A stretch of 45,041 bases of DNA, taken from a virus. Taxonomy: Duplodnaviria > Caudoviricetes. The notes below the pieces were generated by a model that saw nothing but the letters and a program-made list of their open reading frames with translations, ran no database searches and was not told the DNA's origin. Where the stretch lies: the IMG/VR virus record IMGVR_UViG_3300042997_002640, positions 1 through 45,041 of that record. The stretch is one strand, 5' to 3'. The position numbers and the translations under genes are program-made. Every line of letters starts with the position of its first letter. Position 1 is the stretch's first letter. Shown here piece after piece: positions 41,464 through 45,041 of the stretch.

Positions 41464-42738
41464 TCAGTCGACGACACGAAAGAGGAGATCTTTCGCTCGC
41501 ATGGCGTCCTCCAGCAGCATGTCGGCCCAGATCTGGCACAGCTCCCGCCTGCGCTCCATATGCGCCGCCCGGTTATAGGCCCCTTCCACTTTGTCGACGG
41601 CGACATGCCCGAGCATCAGGTCGATGACCTCGCGATCGTCCGGCCGGCCGTGCTCGCGCCGCCACTCGTTCATGATGGTCGAGAAGGACGAGCGATAACC
41701 GTGCGGGCAATGCCGCCGGTGATATTTCCCGCCATTCGCTCGGATGATCAGCGCGCGGACGGCGTTCTCGGACATTGGGAGCGTCCCGCGCCAGGCGTTC
41801 GGAAAGATATGCTCTCGCGAGCCCGTCAGCGGCCGGATCGCTTCGAGCACCTCGACCGCCTGCCGGGAGAGCGGCACGAGATGCTCATAGGCATCTTCGT
41901 CTTTCAGGCGCAGCGCCAGCTTCATAGCCGAGGGCGGAATACGCCAGAGCGGCTGCGAGCCGTCGAGCCCCTCCATCTGCGTCCATTTCGCCCCGCGCTG
42001 GACGGCAGAGCGGACCGAGGTCAGCGCCAGGAAGCGGTTCGCCAGCTTCGTGATCGGCTGGGCCTCCTCATTGTCGACGTCCCGAAGCAGATCCTTCACC
42101 TCGGATAACGTTGTCAGCGCGGGCTGCTTTGCTGCCTTTGGCTTGGGCTTCAGCAGCGTCTTGATCACAGCGGCTGGGTCGCCCGTCCGCATCCCGTTCG
42201 CGGCGGCATAGGCGAAGACCTCCCCGGCTCGCTGGCGAATGCGGTGCGCTGTCTCGATCGCGCCGCGGCGTTCCACCTTCCGCAACGCATCGAGCAGCAG
42301 CGCCTCAGTGACATCGCGAATGGCCATTTTCCCGATCTCGGGAAAAAGGTCATCCGCCAGGCTGTCGATCACGTTCCGAGCGTGATGCTTGCTCCATCGC
42401 GGAACATGAAGCGCGTGCCATGCTCGAGCTACGGCCTCGAAACTGTTTTCGGCGTCGGTGCGCGCTGTCACGGCTGCCTGCTTCTTCTCGAGCGCTGGAT
42501 CACGGCCGGTGCGGATCGCCTTGCGGGCCTCGTCGCGCGCATCTCGAGCCTCGACGAGCGACACGTCGGGATAGCTGCCGAGCGTCAGCAGCTTCTCCTT
42601 GCCGGCGAGGGTGCGATATTTCAGCCGCCAGGAGCGATAGCCGTTCGTGGTCACGTAGAGGAACAGGCCCTGAGAATCGCTCAGTTTGTAGGGCTTCTCG
42701 GCGCCCTTGGCCTTACGGCACTGAACGTCTGTCAGCAT
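41464..42738 (-). CDS. int: Tyrosine integrase, P4-like with arm-binding domain
   Basis: YKLSDSQGLFL...LGSYPDVSL; catalytic R, HGYR, LGH, AYNR. Confidence 0.96.
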   Translation of the reverse strand: MLTDVQCRKAKGAEKPYKLSDSQGLFLYVTTNGYRSWRLKYRTLAGKEKLLTLGSYPDVSLVEARDARDEARKAIRTGRDPALEKKQAAVTARTDAENSFEAVARAWHALHVPRWSKHHARNVIDSLADDLFPEIGKMAIRDVTEALLLDALRKVERRGAIETAHRIRQRAGEVFAYAAANGMRTGDPAAVIKTLLKPKPKAAKQPALTTLSEVKDLLRDVDNEEAQPITKLANRFLALTSVRSAVQRGAKWTQMEGLDGSQPLWRIPPSAMKLALRLKDEDAYEHLVPLSRQAVEVLEAIRPLTGSREHIFPNAWRGTLPMSENAVRALIIRANGGKYHRRHCPHGYRSSFSTIMNEWRREHGRPDDREVIDLMLGHVAVDKVEGAYNRAAHMERRRELCQIWADMLLEDAMRAKDLLFRVVD

Positions 42739-42754
42739 CCGGCAGACCCCGCTT

Positions 42755-42803
42755 TGGGGGTATCGACGGGGGTATTATCGAGGGATACCCCCACGGATAC
42801 CCC
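42755..42803. repeat. Integrase arm-type binding repeats
   Basis: GGGGGTAT twice, then inverted ATACCCC(C) twice, between int and the tRNA. Confidence 0.7.
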
Positions 42804-42860
42804 AAAATCACCGCTACTGACCATAAACAAAGAGAGAACGTCCGAGACAGCCCACATATG

Positions 42861-42887
42861 AAAAACCCCGCTAAGTGCGGGGTTCTT
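42861..42887 (-). terminator. Terminator downstream of tRNA-Tyr
   Basis: Minus strand AACCCCGC-ACTTA-GCGGGGTTTTT. Confidence 0.7.
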
Positions 42888-42920
42888 ATAGACGTTCTTG
42901 GGCTGTTCTGGAAGAACATA

Positions 42921-43007
42921 TGGTGGACAGGGCTGGATTCGAACCAGCGTACGGGAAACCCGGGCAGATTTACAGTCTGCTGCCTTTAACCACTCGGCCA
43001 CCTGTCC
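42921..43007 (-). tRNA. Host tRNA-Tyr(GTA); probable attB target
   Basis: GGACAGG...CTGTAAA loop, long variable arm, TTCGAAT, CCTGTCC-A-CCA. Confidence 0.97.
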
Positions 43008-43111
43008 AGTCGCCTAACCGGCGTCGGAGGGTGCCCCGACCGGCTGGAGGGCGCTCCAATGGCGAAAGGAGACTTGCCTGTCAATGGCCCAATGTGAAAA
43101 GAGCGCTTCCC

Positions 43112-43852
43112 ATGAAAAGAGGAAATCGCACCGGAAAGGCCAAAGGGACCTTTCCCCGCTTCTATGGACGGCATGCCGTCATCGCCGCGCTCGCCAATCC
43201 GGACCGGGTGGTGCGCAAGATATGGGGGACGAGGGAGGCGCTGAACGCGCTCGACCTGCCGCCCGTCTTGCCCATCGTCTATGCCGATGGCGCCGATCTG
43301 GGCCGCATGGTGCCGTCGGACGCGCCGCATCAGGGGATCGTGGCGGAGGTGGAGCCGCTGGACGATGTCTGGCTGGGCGACGTGCTGGAGGCGGGGCAGG
43401 ACGATAACAGGCCCGTGCTGGTGCTGGACCAGGTGACGGACCCGCATAATGTCGGCGCGATCCTGCGGTCCGCCGCGGCGTTCGACGCGCTGTGCATCGT
43501 GACGCAGGACCGCCATGCGCCGCCCGAATCGGGGGTGCTGGCGCGCGCCGCGTCGGGCGCGCTGGAGATCGTGCCCTGGGTGCGGGTCGTGAACCTTGCC
43601 CGGGCGCTGGATGAGATCGCGGAAGCCGGTTACTGGCGCATCGGGCTGGACGGCGAGGCGGAGCAGACGCTGGGCGAGGCCATCGGCACGTCCCGCGTCG
43701 CGCTGGTGCTGGGGGCCGAGGGCGAAGGGCTGCGTCACAACAGCATGGCGCATTGCGACATTTTGGCTAAACTGCCGATCAGCCCGCGCATGGAGAGCCT
43801 GAACGTCTCCAATGCGGCGGCGATCGCCCTCTACGCGGCTGCCAGCCGGTAG
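43112..43852 (+). CDS. rlmB: 23S rRNA (G2251-2'-O)-methyltransferase, TrmH/SpoU family
   Basis: YGRHAV, HQGI, LDQVTDPHNVGAILRS, LGAEGEG, ESLNVS. Confidence 0.9.
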   Translation: MKRGNRTGKAKGTFPRFYGRHAVIAALANPDRVVRKIWGTREALNALDLPPVLPIVYADGADLGRMVPSDAPHQGIVAEVEPLDDVWLGDVLEAGQDDNRPVLVLDQVTDPHNVGAILRSAAAFDALCIVTQDRHAPPESGVLARAASGALEIVPWVRVVNLARALDEIAEAGYWRIGLDGEAEQTLGEAIGTSRVALVLGAEGEGLRHNSMAHCDILAKLPISPRMESLNVSNAAAIALYAAASR

Positions 43853-43885
43853 CGGCCGGGGCCACGGACGACAGGGGGTTCGATC

Positions 43886-44635
43886 GTGACGGTCTTTCTG
43901 CGCTCGGCCGCCGTGCTGGCGGCCAGTCTGCTGCTCTCCGCCTGCCTGGTGACGCCGGGCAGGTTCGATTCCACGCTCGACATCCGCGCCGACCGGAGCT
44001 TCAGCTTTACCTATAAGGGCGAGATACTGGCATCGGACATGGGCAAGGGCCTGGGTTCGATGCCGGGCAATGACGATCCGATCGACGGCGCGACGCCCAG
44101 GGACCAGCAGAGCAGCCTGCGCACGGCGCTCCGGTCCGGGACGCAGGGCAAGGCCGAGGAGCGTTTCGACGTCAAGGACGACAAGGGCGACGATCAGCAG
44201 ATGCAGGCGATCGCGGCGGCGCTGTCGAAGGAGAAGGGCTTTCGGTCGGCCCGCTACATGGGCAATCGCCGGTTCGAGATCGACTATGCGATCAGCGGCC
44301 GGCTGACCCACGCCTTCCTTTTTCCCTTCAACAGCGACGCGCAGATCGTGCTGCCCTTCGTGGCGGTGGAACTGCGTGGGGAAGACCGGGCGCGGGTGAA
44401 GGCGCCGGGCTATTCCAACGGCTATGACAAGAGCCAGAACCCGATGGGCGGCAATGGCGGCGACGATGCCGCCAAGGCGCTGGACGGCACCTTCACCCTC
44501 ACCACCGATGCGGAGATCGTCAGCCAGAACCAGGAAGACGGCGCGCAGGACGTGGCGCAGGGGAAACGGATCGTCTGGAAGATCACGCCGCTGACCGGCG
44601 AGGCGCCGGCGGCCACGCTGAAGTTCAGGCCCTAG
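43886..44635 (+). CDS. Host lipoprotein, hypothetical
   Basis: LLLSAC lipobox; host-like high GC3. Confidence 0.8.
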   Translation: MTVFLRSAAVLAASLLLSACLVTPGRFDSTLDIRADRSFSFTYKGEILASDMGKGLGSMPGNDDPIDGATPRDQQSSLRTALRSGTQGKAEERFDVKDDKGDDQQMQAIAAALSKEKGFRSARYMGNRRFEIDYAISGRLTHAFLFPFNSDAQIVLPFVAVELRGEDRARVKAPGYSNGYDKSQNPMGGNGGDDAAKALDGTFTLTTDAEIVSQNQEDGAQDVAQGKRIVWKITPLTGEAPAATLKFRP

Positions 44636-44708
44636 GCTGAGGACGCATTACTGGCGGGTTGGCGTCGAGGCCGTGCCCGACGGCGGGCTCGCAACCAGGA
44701 GCCGGCCG

Positions 44709-45041
44709 TCACCAAAAGGTCGTAGCCGCCGCCATCGCGCCCGCGCCGGCCATCCCCGCCAGCAAGGCCACGAGCATATAGCGCCAGCCGCTGCCCACCC
44801 GGATCAGCCTGACCTCCGTCAGGGGCGGCGGAGGGGGGGCGCCGCCCTTTTCCGGAAAGGCTTCCTCGATCCGCTTCACAAGGCCCGGCAGGCGCTGCAA
44901 GATCCGGACATTCTCGATCAGCGCGTCGGCGGCCTTCGCCTCCGGCCCCAGTTCGGCGCGCAGCCATTCCTTCACATAGGGGCCGCTCGTCTCCCACAGG
45001 TTGATGTCGGGGTCGAGCGCGGTCGCGACGCCCTCCACCAT
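44709..45041 (-). CDS. ubiB: UbiB (ABC1 kinase-like), C-terminal part
   Basis: VEGVATALDPDINLWETSGPYVKEW; C-terminal TM; truncated by the window edge. Confidence 0.8.
   Translation of the reverse strand: MVEGVATALDPDINLWETSGPYVKEWLRAELGPEAKAADALIENVRILQRLPGLVKRIEEAFPEKGGAPPPPPLTEVRLIRVGSGWRYMLVALLAGMAGAGAMAAATTFW

Larger units (their letters stand above)
1..42920. mobile_element. Lambdoid (HK97-head, long non-contractile tail) prophage integrated beside tRNA-Tyr; left end lies outside the window
   Basis: Ordered modules for immunity, replication, packaging, head, tail, lysis and integrase abut tRNA-Tyr. Housekeeping genes resume after 43,007. Confidence 0.96.

Overview
Bases 1 to ~42,920 are the right-hand ~43 kb of an apparently intact lambdoid siphovirus-type prophage. 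It is integrated next to the 3' end of a host tRNA-Tyr(GTA) in a GC-rich alphaproteobacterium (sphingomonad-like; inference). The other att site is not in the window. From left to right the window holds: a leftward early operon (DUF5131, a C5-MTase-like protein, small Zn proteins); a cI/cro/cII switch with five TGCGGCA-N4-TGCCGCA-type operators and three accessory genes behind cI; a replication/recombination block; a DUF6456-like late regulator followed by a phage tRNA-Thr(CGT); HK97-type packaging and head genes; a long non-contractile tail with a -1 frameshifted chaperone; holin, endolysin and i-spanin with an embedded o-spanin; a 4.5-kb accessory island; and a P4-type integrase. Host rlmB, a lipoprotein and a partial ubiB follow. 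The most interesting signals are four. (i) Three perfect alphaproteobacterial LexA boxes: two drive apparently leaderless, paralogous unknown genes, one of which is coupled to a motif-degenerate HIRAN protein, and the third sits in front of the late regulator. (ii) A toxin-antitoxin-SecB chaperone (TAC) operon with an unannotated 44-aa fourth gene. (iii) A Zn-ribbon/membrane coiled-coil/HIRAN trio in the rexAB position. (iv) Several densely structured non-coding segments. All family assignments are by eye from motifs and gene order; no searches were run.
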